Assembly (NCBI GenBank): GCA_964016885.1
Contig: OZ024743.1
Span: forward strand, 192,944,001-193,008,000
DNA length: 64,000 nt
Direction: 5' to 3'
DNA from: Eledone cirrhosa
Lineage: Eukaryota
Positions 35,428 to 49,400 of this stretch are shown piece by piece; the first letter of the stretch is position 1; each line of letters starts with the position of its first letter. The notes under the pieces are model-generated. The model had not been told where the DNA came from, searched no databases, and worked only from the letters and a program-made list of their open reading frames with translations. The position numbers and the translations under genes were made by a program.

Positions 35428-38400
35428 CCTTGTAGAGAGAGAGTGAAATTGAAGATTTTCAAGAAAATATGAGTCAGTTATGTTACAGAATTGTTTGAAG
35501 GTAGTGGAAAGGAGATTATCAGGGTCGGTGGCTTGTTGATTTGAAGCAAGCAGAGGTGCTTTTATTCTTGGTATGTATGTGTACATGGTGGTGAGCTTGG
35601 TGGAGTGGACAGGGATAGTTTTGTAGATTTATCTGATGTGTACAGATTGGAGTGTGATGTAAAACAGGCAGCAAATGTGGAAGTTTTTTCCACATACAAA
35701 ACTACTATGAATATCAAGTCTTCAAGTGGTATGCCAATGACTCACTATAAAACAGAAATACAGGTGCTAAAATGTCCAGAAAGTGTCTCAACTTACCAGG
35801 TGAATGTTCAGTGTTATTATTGCTAACTATGGTGTTATGGTTATTGTCCACTTGTCCAAGCTCAGTATCCAGGTGAGGTACACTAGAACCAGCACCTTCA
35901 GACGTAGTTGGTTGCAAGGGCTTCATTAAATTGAAACAGTCTGGTAATGGTACAATAAAGAAGTCACTGTCACTTTGACTCAACTCATCATCACTCAGGG
36001 TATCAAGTGATTCCACATCAGCTTCCAAATCTAAAGTTAAAAAAACAAATAGAAAGGCAAAGAATAAACAAATTCTGTTTTATTTTTTTATTATTTATGT
36101 ATTTAAATGAGGACAGTGGATTGATACTATTGGTGGAGCACCAAACAAAATGCCTTGTGGTATTTAGTTATGACTTTCTATATTCTCAATTCAAATCCCG
36201 CTGATATCAACTTTGCCTTTTATCCTTCCAAATACTGATAAAATAAAGTAACTGTAAAGCATAACCGCAGCTATCCGCAAAGAAGGACTGGACATACAAT
36301 TAGCACACTCTGGCCCTTCACTGCGTGGATACCTGTCTAAAAAACAATCCAGTGACAACAACAACTAATGCTTGCTGACTAACTGTCCTATCCGTGATAC
36401 AGGTATGTGCCAGCAGACACATGTGGTATACCGGATTGAATACAACAAATGTAAGGAGTTCTACATTGGTAGCATGACTCGAGCACTCCACACTTGCATT
36501 AAAGAACACCTCAACACACACGCATCCTCATTCACAAAACATATTGACAAATGTAGAAACATCAACCAACATATTACTGTTACTATTAAAGCCAGTGATA
36601 GAAATGTGGGCAACTTAAGAATTAAGGAACATAGACTCAACCCGCAAATAAATAATAAATTAGAACTCAGCTCACAGTACTTGACATAAAAAGACAAACC
36701 CACAGGCACACAGACTAAACATCTCATAAAAAAAAGAAAATTGATTTTGCGAAATATTATATTGGCAATTGACGTCATTCACGGGGAAAGCGAAATAACT
36801 ATAAAAAAACACTTGAAAACAATTTCTTTTATTCAAAATCAAAATTTAATCCCAAAGAGAGGAAATTTAAACATTATCCACTGTGAATGGATAATAGGTC
36901 CCGAAAAATTGGACAGATAAAATAACAAAAAAAAAAAACTACCTTGAGGGATTGACCCTGAGATTTGTTAATCAAAATATCAAAACTTAGTTTGACTGGA
37001 AACTGAAGCCTCTTAAATTCAAATGGAACAGCTATAGGTATGAGAGGACTTTTTAGAATAAAGATATTTTTTTCAATATTGTAAGCAAATAAGTAGCAAC
37101 ATCCAAAAGAAATATATATTAACTCTATTTTAGTATGCAGTGTAAATTAACCAAATATACACACATACACTCACACAAACTTATAAAAAAAACACACAGA
37201 CATACATTCATACAAAGACACACAGTTTCACCCACCAGCTTTCATTATGTCAGTCATCACAGAAATGCATGTATACTCACTCACACATATACTTATTAGT
37301 CATCACATATGTATATGTATGTGTAGGAATGTGAGTGTGAGAGTGTGAGAGTGTGTGTGTGTGTTTAATCTCTGTGTATCTGATTAAATATTTACGTGAA
37401 GATGTGTGTCTATGTAACTTACTAAGGCCTAACGTACGTAACGAATGCGCAAACTTACAGACACATACACACTCATATACAAAATGTGACGTCATCGTTG
37501 TCGTGTTATAAAATATTTTTACTTATAGTTGACTATAGAAAGATTATTTTAGATAAAATGTTATATTGTTTTAATCCAAATGAAATTAAAAATTACATGT
37601 TAATCCCAGGGTTTAATACCTTGTAAAATTTGATTTGATGATTTGGTCGAGCCGTTTGAGAATGCATAAGGAAAAGACAGACAGAGACAAAGAATTTTAT
37701 ATATAGAGACTAGCAGAAAACCACCCGGGGGCGGTTTTCTGCTAGTCTATATATCTAAAACAGAGAATGTCTGTCTGTCTGTCAGCTCACTAAAACTTGA
37801 GAACCATCCAACCGATTGTTTTCAAACTTTAGACATGTAATATTTATGGTCCTGTGAGTGTTTTGAGCAAAAATTATTTCAAATTTTCAATGCCCTAGGG
37901 ACCGCATTAGGCGATTTAGCGTTCTCTCTATATAATTCTTAGTCTTTCTTTTTAGATAGATACATAGATATAACGTTGCGCCCTTATAATATCTGTCTGT
38001 ATGTCTGGCTGTCTGCATTACGTCATTATGACGCGCTCAGCGCGATTCCCTCGGCCTCAGTGACCAAAGTCAGTGGAGAGGGGAAGGTAATGTTTCTGTA
38101 GCACGTGTTTTAGCGTCTATTCACTCTCTCTCTCTCTATCCCCCTCTCGTAGTCTGTCTCTTTCTTTCACTCTCTCTCTACGCACGTGTTTCCACTGTCG
38201 GACAGACAGACAGAAATTGCTGGTTATATATATAAGTAGATATATATCTTATAAATGACTATTCTTTTACAGGTTTTGGTCACTGAGCAGCAGTCATACA
38301 AAAACATGGCTTTTAAGAAATCCAGTCACATGTATCATTTATGCCAGCATTTGGTACTTCTAATGAACTAGGTAGGAAGAAAGGCAAATGTCAACCCACG

Positions 38401-40380
38401 CTACCTTCGCCATAAAGGGACATAATTGAGACATAATATATAAGGTATTTTTGTTTGATGGTCCAATTCTGCCACCCACACTAACACACACACATACACA
38501 CTAATACACACACACACACACACTATCTGATGTGCTTCTGCAGTTTCTGTCAATCAAATTTCATTCACAAGGCATTGCTCAACACCAGGCAATGAAATAA
38601 GACACTTGCCCAATGTACTGCACAGTGCTATTGAACCCAGCAACATGTGATTATGAAATTAATTTCTTAGCCACATGGCCATAATACTAATAGAATGAAA
38701 GTAAAGAGCAGAAAACATTAAATTAAAATTGGCAAATTAAAATTTCATGGAACCAAACAAAAGAACTACATAAAAATGATATATGGGTATTTCTAGAGTT
38801 AATTCTATGCAACAGACACAGGAAGGGCAAAAAAATGTAAAAAGAAACAAAACAATGTATCAATGAATAAAACTGCACACACATGCTTGCTTAACTAAAG
38901 TCTAAGTAAACAATAAAAAAAAATATTTTTCAACATGCAGTCATACTCACATCTATCATCATCATTGTCTTATGTCTATGTTCCATGATTGCATGGGTTT
39001 GACAGGTTGTCAATTTCAGAGGCTAGAGATCAGATGACTACACCTCACTCATATGTTTCATTCCCTTATGGTTTCTACAACTAGATGCCTTACCTAATGC
39101 CAACCATTTCACAGCTTCTGCTGGGTGCATTTTATTGTGGCACTGCAACTACCACCTGAAAGTGGTGGACTGGATGCTTTTTATTATGACATCAGTATAT
39201 ATATCATCATCATCATCGATTAATGTCTATCTTCCACACTAGCATGGGTTAGACGGGTCCCATTTAGAGGCAAGTTGGGTCGGGTGACTGTGTCTTGCTC
39301 ATATAGGAGTGTTTCTGGCTAGTTGCTGGATGCCCTTCCTAATGCCGACCACATTGACAGTGTGTGCTGGGTGCTTTTTGCAGTGCCTTTACACATCCAC
39401 TTTACAGTGTGGGCTGCATGTTATATACATATATACACACATGGTCTATATAATTATATTTGTGTATACATGCACATATCATCACCTCCGTCTTTACGTC
39501 CATTTTCCACGCTAGCATGGGTTAAGTGGGATTGTTCTATTGTGGGCATCCTAGGTCAGGTGACCATATCTTGTTCATACCGGTCTAGTTCTAGCTTAGT
39601 TTCTGTAATTGCATGCCCTGCCAATGTCTACCTCAATTTACAGTCATTACAGGGTGCTTTTTTTTATCGTAGCCCCTACACGACCACTTTACAGTTTGGA
39701 CTGGGTGCTTTTTGTGGTGACACCTACACAACCACTTTATAGAGTGGGCTGGGCACTTTTTGTTGCATCACCATCACGACCACAGGGGCTTTACAGGATG
39801 CATTTACTTTGACCTGTTCCCCTGTGGGATGTTATGGGAGGGGACATATTGTATATATGCTTCAGCTTGGGCTCGTGGGAAGTCAGGTCATCTGTATTAC
39901 TGCATATCACCATAGATCCCGGTCATGTATCATTGCCTTTGAGAGGTGCAATTGGGCAAGGTCGGCTTTTATCACCTCATCCCAAGTCTTCCTGGGTCTC
40001 CCCACTCCAAGGCTTCCAACGACTGAGCGCTCTGCACTTTTTTATGCAGCTGTCATCTTTCATATGCAACACATGTCCATACCAACGCAATCTCCTCTCC
40101 TGCACACAGCATTTGATTCCTATTATGCCTAGTTTCTCTCTCAGTTCATTTATGCTTATATATCATCACTGTCATTTTTAGACCTCTTTTACATGTTGGC
40201 ATGTGCTGGATGAGACTTTTTGAGGCAGTGTTTCTACAAGTGGATGCCCTTCTTCAGACCAACCCATACTTTGTTTTAAAGTATAATATATACCACTAAC
40301 GTTCATCAAACCTTTAAGTTATGGATCATACTCTTTATGAGGGAAATAAACAATCATCATCACTTACTTTGTCAATATGT

Positions 40381-40411
<31 letters not shown>

Positions 40412-41134
40412 AACAACTGCGCATGTGTGTATACATATACACACACACAATGGGCTTCTTCAGAGTTTCTGTCTACCAATTCATTCACAAGGCATTGGTC
40501 AGCTGAAGCTAGTGTAGAAGATGCCACTGAGTGGGATTCAGCCCAGAACCATATAGTATAAAGTAAACTTTCTAGCAACAGAAACACCTACATGTAAACA
40601 TATTTTAATAGTTAGTGAGAAGAGGAAAGGCAGTGTCATGAACTTTCAGGGCCCTTCAAAACTGTCAAGACGAATGTATCTGATGCCACATAGAGCACTT
40701 CTTGACTGGGTGGTGGTGCTAAACCAAGCATGTTAGGTTTATGACTCAATGTATAAGGGAAAATTTCTAGATATGTGTGCACATATACATGCATGCACAT
40801 GAATAATATATATAAGAAAAGAAGTTTTCAATACATGCAATCATCATGAATTTTCAAGACTAAAGAATATGTGCTTGTATGTGTGCATGTGTTTTAAATT
40901 TATGATATTCTGCATCATTAGTACGAATACAAATTTTATATCATCGCAAAAATCAAACACTTCAGAAGAAATGCAATTTCAAAAGAAATTTATATCAGTT
41001 TGCTATAAGTTCTAACAATTTTCTAGTTTTCAAAATAACTGGATTTTTCATGGGTACTATTAGTATATATATATATATATATATATATTGCACTAGAAGT
41101 ACTTATGTAAAATCCAGTTATTTTGTAAACTATA

Positions 41135-41177
<43 letters not shown>

Positions 41178-44100
41178 CCTCAGTTTCGAAGATGAGAGTT
41201 CCAATTGTTTGATTAATGGCACTATATATTCATTGAATTATTGTGTAAGTGGTTGAGCATTCCACAGGCATTTAACATAATGCTCAAGAAGCAACAGCTT
41301 GACATGGTGTGTGGAAAAACTGGGCTTTTGTATTGCAAGTAGAGCCCATCTGATGGTCCACCAGTTTCCATCTACTCAATTTCACTCACAAAGATCTGGT
41401 AGAACACTTGCGCGAGGTGCCAGACAGATCGGACACAGAACCTTATGCCTGTACCACACACAACCTTTGATCATAGGTCTGTTCAATCAGAGCTGGCTTG
41501 GAACTAAACAACAACAATACACACATCTACACAGTTCAATCTATTATGCAACATCAGTCTACCTACCTCTTTTAGGATAGAAACTACCATAGTGTGGTGC
41601 CCAGCCTTTTGCAAAAGGATTGTAGTCTGTATCAAGTTCATCTGGCAGCAGTGCCACACTGCTACTGCTGCTGCTGCTGCTGCTGTTGGAAACTGTAAGC
41701 TGGTCCATATCAGGAGTGGGTGACTTGGGAGGGCTCACATCTGTTGCAGGGGCACATAACATTCAATGAACCAGGCAAACCACAGAAAAGCAAGTTACAT
41801 TACAGAGGAAAAATATAGTGTATATTGAAAATCAAAACCATCATTTTCTTGTTTCTATCTTCATGGATTGATGGGTCTGCTGTTCAACATAACATCATTC
41901 ATTTCAATCCTGTGTAATTTTGTTTCTAAGATGTAATTCATCAGTTATATCTTCTGAGATCTACCTCTACCATATGTACCTACCCACTGTCAGCATATAG
42001 CACCCTTTCACCATGGAACTATGCCAACACAACTGTTTGCCCTATATACATCTGCCGATGTCTTTAATGTTTGGTCAATCCCTCCAACTGCTTGTATTCT
42101 ATCTTTCATATAAGTTAACGTTACACATCCAATGAATCTTACTGGCTTAATCTCTATAAGTCTCTTCAGAGCCTCCACATTAAATATCACACTGCTCTGC
42201 ATGTTTCCTACGGTCTAACTTTCACACAAAGAAACCTTTTGTTGCCAAAAGAATAGCTTTCCAATCTCTTTTTTAACTTCATCTACTTACACTATCAATA
42301 CAACTACAACTATCTCCAGCACTAATTAGATCATCTCGGTAACAGAAATTACCTACATCATCTAAATGAGCCAGATGAACTTATTTTTGTAAGACCTCCT
42401 ACTGTTTACTATTCCAGTATACCAAGTGAATTTAAAGTACTGGTTCTGCCAGATATCTCTGCAACTTTTATCTATTTTTATGTGAAAATAAAATAGATTT
42501 AAAAAAATAAGCAAATCAACAAAAAAAATGATTTGGCTACAGAGATTATGGATAACATCACAATTCCAAGTTACTCTGACATGTTGACAGTTTTCACTAC
42601 ACTCCAGTCTTTAGAAAAAGCCTATATTCTTAAATCTGTATCTATAACTTTTATCACCAAGATTTTGATTCCTGGACAAATACAAATGGTAAAGTGGCCT
42701 CATAAGCACAAAAACAGTTTATATTTTGTAATAAATCTCTTTTTAAAATATTGCACCTAGGAAAAATAATTAAAATACTGGCAATCTCTATAGAGTCAAG
42801 ATAAGCTTTTTCTATCATAATGAATTCAATACAGACCCAAAGATCATAAATTCACATTTTCTTTTCATTACTCTTTGAATATCTTATTTTATTTTTTTGT
42901 ATTTTTAAGGTACAATTTTTATAAATGCTATATTGTACCTTTGTACCCTGGAGCAAGAATCTCAAATATAGGTACTTCATACACCATGTTTCTGTATGAA
43001 ACCATCTTTATCAATGCTGGTAATAAAGTAATATGGCAAGATGTATATAAGATCTGACAGTCATAGGTTTTATGATAACAATTATGCTACTACAGCTACC
43101 AAGAATGACTATATCTTACATTCAGTTTGTTTTTAAATATGTCCTACTATCACTACTGTCTAAACAAATCGATTCATAGCTGCCCAATAACAACTCTAAC
43201 ATTATTAAACTAATTCTCACTGTTTTAGTGTAAAACTAATTCAATTTACAAAGGGGATTGAAGAGAAATTTAAGTAAAATGGCACAAAAAAATAATTACG
43301 ACTAGTAACAAACACATTAGTAGCACACCAACATTTCAACATTGGGAGGGGGGGGGGGGGGGGCAATAAAATACAAAACAAAACAAGAAAAAAATAGTCA
43401 TTATCTGATTCAGGATATATGACAATGATTTTGTTAAAATTGCTGCGCAAGCAGTGTAAAAATTGTTTTTCAGGCATGTCCAAGATGCAGGGAAAGAATG
43501 ACAAAATTATCTACCATATACTCATATTAGTGTTACATAAAGAGATTTTTTTCTGTAGACATGTGAAAATATAGAATAATATATATTTTATCATCTGACA
43601 AAAAAGTCAGTTGGGAACAATAAAGGAACAAGAGTTCATCATCATCATCCTTTTATGTTTGCTTTCCATACTGGCATAAGCTGAATGAGCTGTCACAATG
43701 TGAGTTGGAGTTACTTCCCTATTACATGGGTTGGAAGAACAGCTCTCACTCAGGCATTCCATCTTTGACATGGTTTCTATGGCCTGATGCTCTTCCTAAC
43801 ACCAACCATTTTACAAAGAGTATTTGTTGCATTTTATCCTGCCACCAGCACTGGTGAAGTTATGTCCTCTGCAGTAATAAAGGGTCTTCTCAATTTTATA
43901 TTGTCTCAATTCATTTGCCAACCACATTTTTATAAATATAATTTTACATCTATTTTTCTGTTATAACACAGAACAGATGTGTCTGCAAACACAAGCACAT
44001 GTATGACTTGTTGGGCAGTGTGTTACAATTTTTATACTATGTGGAATTAATTAAGTTTCTATTTGACTAACTAAATAAACTTATTAGAATAAAATGCTAT

Positions 44101-46414
44101 GTCAAAGACAAAGAGTTCTACCAATGGAATTGCATGAAATCAAAGTATAAGTCCCTACTCCCCAGAATAATTTGATGATGAAGTACAATTCAAACTTTAC
44201 TTACCTAAAGGTGTATTATTTGGAGTAGCAGTGTGAGAAGCCTTTGGTGTAGACCGACTGTGCATGTTCAAATTCTCAAAAGACAATAGGTCCTGTCCCA
44301 AATGGCAATTACCTCTTGGTGATTCCAAAGTCAACTTAGCCATAGCACCTGCTACAACAGAGTTCAATACTTCAACATTGTCTCCTTTTAAGATCACAGC
44401 TGCACTCGATAGTACTGACTCCTCTTCCCTCTGTTTGTCAACAGTTGGCACACCTGCACTATCTACACATGTTGATTGGCTTTTTTCACTCCCAGAAAAA
44501 TCAGCAAATTCCTGTGAAAAAGCATTTGATAAAAATTCTAAGTATTTGCTTTGATTTGACAAAGAGGAAATTTTTTACTATCAATTGAATAAATCCTGTA
44601 AGCAATCATACTTATTCCATTAACTCCTGAGAGATGAAATCAAAGTTGAACAGAAAGACAAAATTAAAATCTCGAACTCTTTTATTACAACTTTAATAAT
44701 GTGTTAAGACAGTTTCAACAACAAAAATAAGTTTGTTTTTTGTTTTTTTATGAATTTATAAAAGACTGAAAAGCTGTCAAACCACTTATATTAGGACCTT
44801 AAATTAGATTTTATAAGTAAACAACAATCAAGAAAATATAAAATTTTGTTTTAATACATATTTTCCTTTTTTGTCAGATTTATATAACATCACAAATAGT
44901 GTTATACAGATTAACTTGGTACATCTATATATACTTGGTACATCTATATATATCTATATACACAAATAATTATCATGTAAATATAAATATGTATAAACTT
45001 TCTAACCTCTTTCAGGAGTGTATAGTTGCTCATTGCAGATGTGTCTGCTGGCTTTGGAACCACTTCAATGCTGCAACAAACGCGAGGTCCAAATAAAACT
45101 GATGAATGGCACAATTTCCAAAAACTTTGGTATTTACCTAGAATAAAGAAAAAGAAATAGAAAGAACTATATAAGCCAAACAACTTCACTTCTTGAAAAT
45201 TATTTCTGTTTATAAAACCATTTCAAACAATGACAGAAAGAAACCCCTTTAAAGTTCAAAATCCAAGTTACAATTCATTGCTTTTGGTCACAGGATATTA
45301 TTCAAGAAAATATATTGAGTTCTAATTAAGGAACAAGGCCAGTAAATTTGGAAGAAATCAAAGATGATTATATCAACCCCAGTACTTAAATCAATCCCAG
45401 AAGGATGAAAGGCAAATGTGACCTGGAAGGATTTGAACTCAGAATGTAAAAAACCCGAACAAATACCAAAATGGTATGTTATCTGATGCTCTACCAATTT
45501 TACCATTCCACCATCTTTTATTCAAAGAAGCATATTAACAACATGCCATACATAAGGAAACCAGTGGTAGTTTGCATCAACAAAAATCAATCCAATAAAG
45601 TTTAGAAATTGGAATATGTAAGTGTGATGTGAAGAGAAGGAAACTAATGTTTTAGATATGGCCTTTCAGAGGAGAATACATTGGAAGGTGAGAAATAAAA
45701 GAAAGACAAAAATGTGTGGGTAGGAGATAATCTGGGAAAGGTGACCAGGCAAAAAGAGATGATGTTAGAGGATTATTAGACAAAGTGAAAAGGAGAGAAA
45801 AAAAAGAAAAATTATTTTTTTTTAATCAAAAGGAATGTAAGATACATATATAACACACACACACATACATAGACACAAGACCTGCTCAAAATACACAAGC
45901 ATGGAAAACAAATGTAAAAAAAATCAACACAATAGTGGAAGTTGGATATTTAATATCTAAATTTGGGTCCCACTATATCAGTTATATAACAAGAGATGGC
46001 AATCTATTAATATTGAATCTCCTTAGCATCATTCATCACTCACTATTTTCCATCCATTTCTATCTTGTCAGCCTAGCCTTTCTCTGTCATTCTGTCTTCC
46101 ACAAAGTTGTGTGGAAAGAAATAAATAAAAAGAACAGCGACAATGTAGGGAAGATGGGACTCTTTATCTTATCAAGAATGAGATGACCTCTCTGATGCTG
46201 ATGAACAAATGAACAGAGAGCAAAAAAGACACTTTAGTCTTGTTGGCATCCAGCTGTAGAAGCCATGTCAAGAATAGAACATACAAGCAAGACATTGTCT
46301 TCAACCCTCCTAAGAGACAGTAACTATAAATAAGAACTATTTATGCCAGTATGGAAAAGCAGACAAAAAATGATGATGATGATGATATACATACATGCAC
46401 ACACATACATATCC

Positions 46415-46478
<64 letters not shown>

Positions 46479-49400
46479 TAGCATTAAAGCCCGGCGTTGC
46501 TCGGGGTCAGTAAGTTACCAAAGTTAGCTTGCACCACCTATTTTAAGGCAGCACTTTTTTGTCTGCCAGACACTGGGTGAATGAATTGCAGACCTGGACT
46601 GCCGAAGCAGGAGCTGCACCAGCAGTGACAATTATAGTTTCGCCTATGGATATTATCTCTGTGCAAAGAAGTGTTGAAATTTATTGTTTCACAGTTCTTG
46701 CGCAACACGCGCGTAGACGATGCCAGCCGAACATTAGAGCTGCGATGAAGTTGTTCTGCATGGTTGTCTAATGTGTGTTTTCTAAATTTAAGACAGTAGG
46801 GAGGGGTGTGATATGGGGGATAGTTAGCTGCTGTTTCTAGCAGGTTTAGTGACCTCATAGAGGATATTATTGTGTATAGTAAATAAACTGATACTTCTTT
46901 CTTCCACGTTCGTTGAGAGATGTTTTAAAAAAGATTTATCGCTATTTTTTTGTTGTTGAATAAATTTATCTGTTGCTTTTGAATAATTGTTGTTTCGTAT
47001 GAAATGTAATAAGTACTCTTCGTTGTCATTGAAGTAAATAAATGTTTGACCGTTCCACACTCAAAAACAAACGTTCTCTCTCTCCATTTCTTTCTCTCTT
47101 CTTTCTTCGACGTTCCTAAAGGAAGTTTGTAAGTTTAAGCGTATATAAGAGAAAGTTGCAGCATGTATGTAGTTTTATCGAATTTTAAGGGGAGTAGAGA
47201 GAGGAATCAGATTGTATTAGAGGGGTAAAGCGTCATGTATTTAGTTTTATCGATTATTTCCGTAATTGTGGGTGAGTTTGAAATAAATAAATAGTCGTTG
47301 ATCTAAGTTAGACCATTTACAACATTCTTACAGACTTTGAGTCGAATTGGTTTGAAATTGTGCAAATGTATAAACATGGAACATGCACACACACACAACC
47401 ACAATCTGCCTATTATAGATAATGATATACACACACACACATACATCTCTGGAGAGAAATGAAGCACCCATGATTAGTTGTATATGCAATGTAAGTGTGA
47501 GAGAGAGGCAGAACTTGGATGAGTTGAAGGAGAAACTGGGTTTAAGACGAATTTGAGGTGGTGTGCAGGAGAGAAGACTGCGTTGGTTTGGACTTGTGAT
47601 ATGCATGGACAATGATTGTTGGGTGAAGAAGTGCTAGGAAATGCCAGTGGAAGGAAGTCGCGGTAGAGGTAAAGACCTAGACAGAGGTTGTGAGATCTGA
47701 CCGCAAATCACTCAAGACTCACAGAGGTGATGACAAAGGATCACAACGTCTGGAGAGATGCCATGCTGAGAGGGGACCCGTCCAACCCATGCAAGCGTAA
47801 AAACGATGATGATGATGATGATCATCATCATGATATGGGGAAAAGAAACCAATTAAATAAGGTATTCAACAAATTAGTAAAGAATAAGCATATTTAAAGT
47901 ATATAGAAATGATTTCTACAGACTAGAACTGTTTCATTCATATGAAATCATCAGGAATGTCCTGATGATTTCATACAAATGAAACAGTTCTATTCCTGTA
48001 GAAGTCATTTCTATATAAAATACACACAAACCATCTAATGGGAAACTCATGAGAAAGATCATATCTAGCATATTCGATGCAACAGATCTGGCAGATATAA
48101 ACCAAAGCTATCCGACAATAACTAACAAAAATTTATTACAATGTTCTGGAGATTAAAAAAATCTATAAAATAAAAATTATACTGACCAGGTACATCCGGG
48201 GCAGTTAAACATACAGTAACATCACCTTTTTCACCTGGTTGCAAAAAAGGAACAGTTACCTCAGTGGCAAGAGGGCAAATATTACCAGATTTTAGTCGCA
48301 TCTATTTCAAAACAATACAGAAATAATATATTCACATGTTTGATGAAAAACAAAATATGTAAAAAAAATTTTTTTATTGGACAAACAAGGAAAGTTACCA
48401 ATTTGTAAAGAAGTATAATGACTATCAGGTTATGGCACTGTACTACAGATTACATAGTTATATGTTCAAATCGTATGACTGTCAATGTGTTGTACATCTG
48501 AGCAAGACAACTATTAACTTGCTATTGACAGCATAAATGAATGGTTAGCAACAAGTATCCAGCTGTAAAAATAGATGCTCAAAACAAACTATCACATTCA
48601 AATTAAAAATAAAAAAAAGGTGGGGGATGTCCCGCCAAAATAATTTCTTCATTATAAACCTATATAAATGAACTTCCATCGGTTCTGATATTGAATATAA
48701 ATCAGTGTTCCAGTTGTCAAGAAAAAAGCCTACTTGTCAAATAAATGTGTATGTGGCTGAATATTCCACTGATGTGTATCCTTAATGTAATTCTTGGGGA
48801 CATTCAGCATGATACAATGTGAAAAGGCTGGGCTTTTGGATTACGCACATGGCCCTTCTGACTAGCTTCTACACAGTTTCTGCCTACCCAATTTCACTCA
48901 TAAGGCTTTGGTCAACCCAAGGTTATGATAAAAAACACTTGCCTAAGATGCAATGCAGTGGTACCAAATTCAGAGCCCTACGATAGTGAAGCAAATTTCT
49001 TAACCATTCGGCTGTTGTATTATGTTATTTATAGGAAGAAAAAAAAAGCCTGTTATAAATGAAAAAACTGAATACTAACAATTGTTTTTTCACTCCAAGC
49101 AAATTTTCCAGTGTTCTTCATCCTCCAGGTTTTAGACAGCCTAGCAAGAGGATAAACTTTTGTTCCATCAGGAATAGTAACATCACACACAAAGGTAGCA
49201 CTAGAAAGAGAAAGAGAGAAGAAAGAAAAACATGAAAATAAAAATTGATAGCAAGTGTACATGAACGACAAAGCATCAATGAACTGAGGAAGAGAAACTG
49301 GGCATGAGAGGAATCAGATGCGATGAGCAAGAGAGGAGACTGTGGTGATATGGACATGTGATGCATATGGAGAGTGACAGCTGCATAAAAAAGTCTAGTA

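Noticed and set aside
44512-44626. Longer 5' extension of the LIR2 exon via upstream AG sites
   Set aside because: In-frame stops or frameshift; the acceptor at 44512-44513 preserves the frame.
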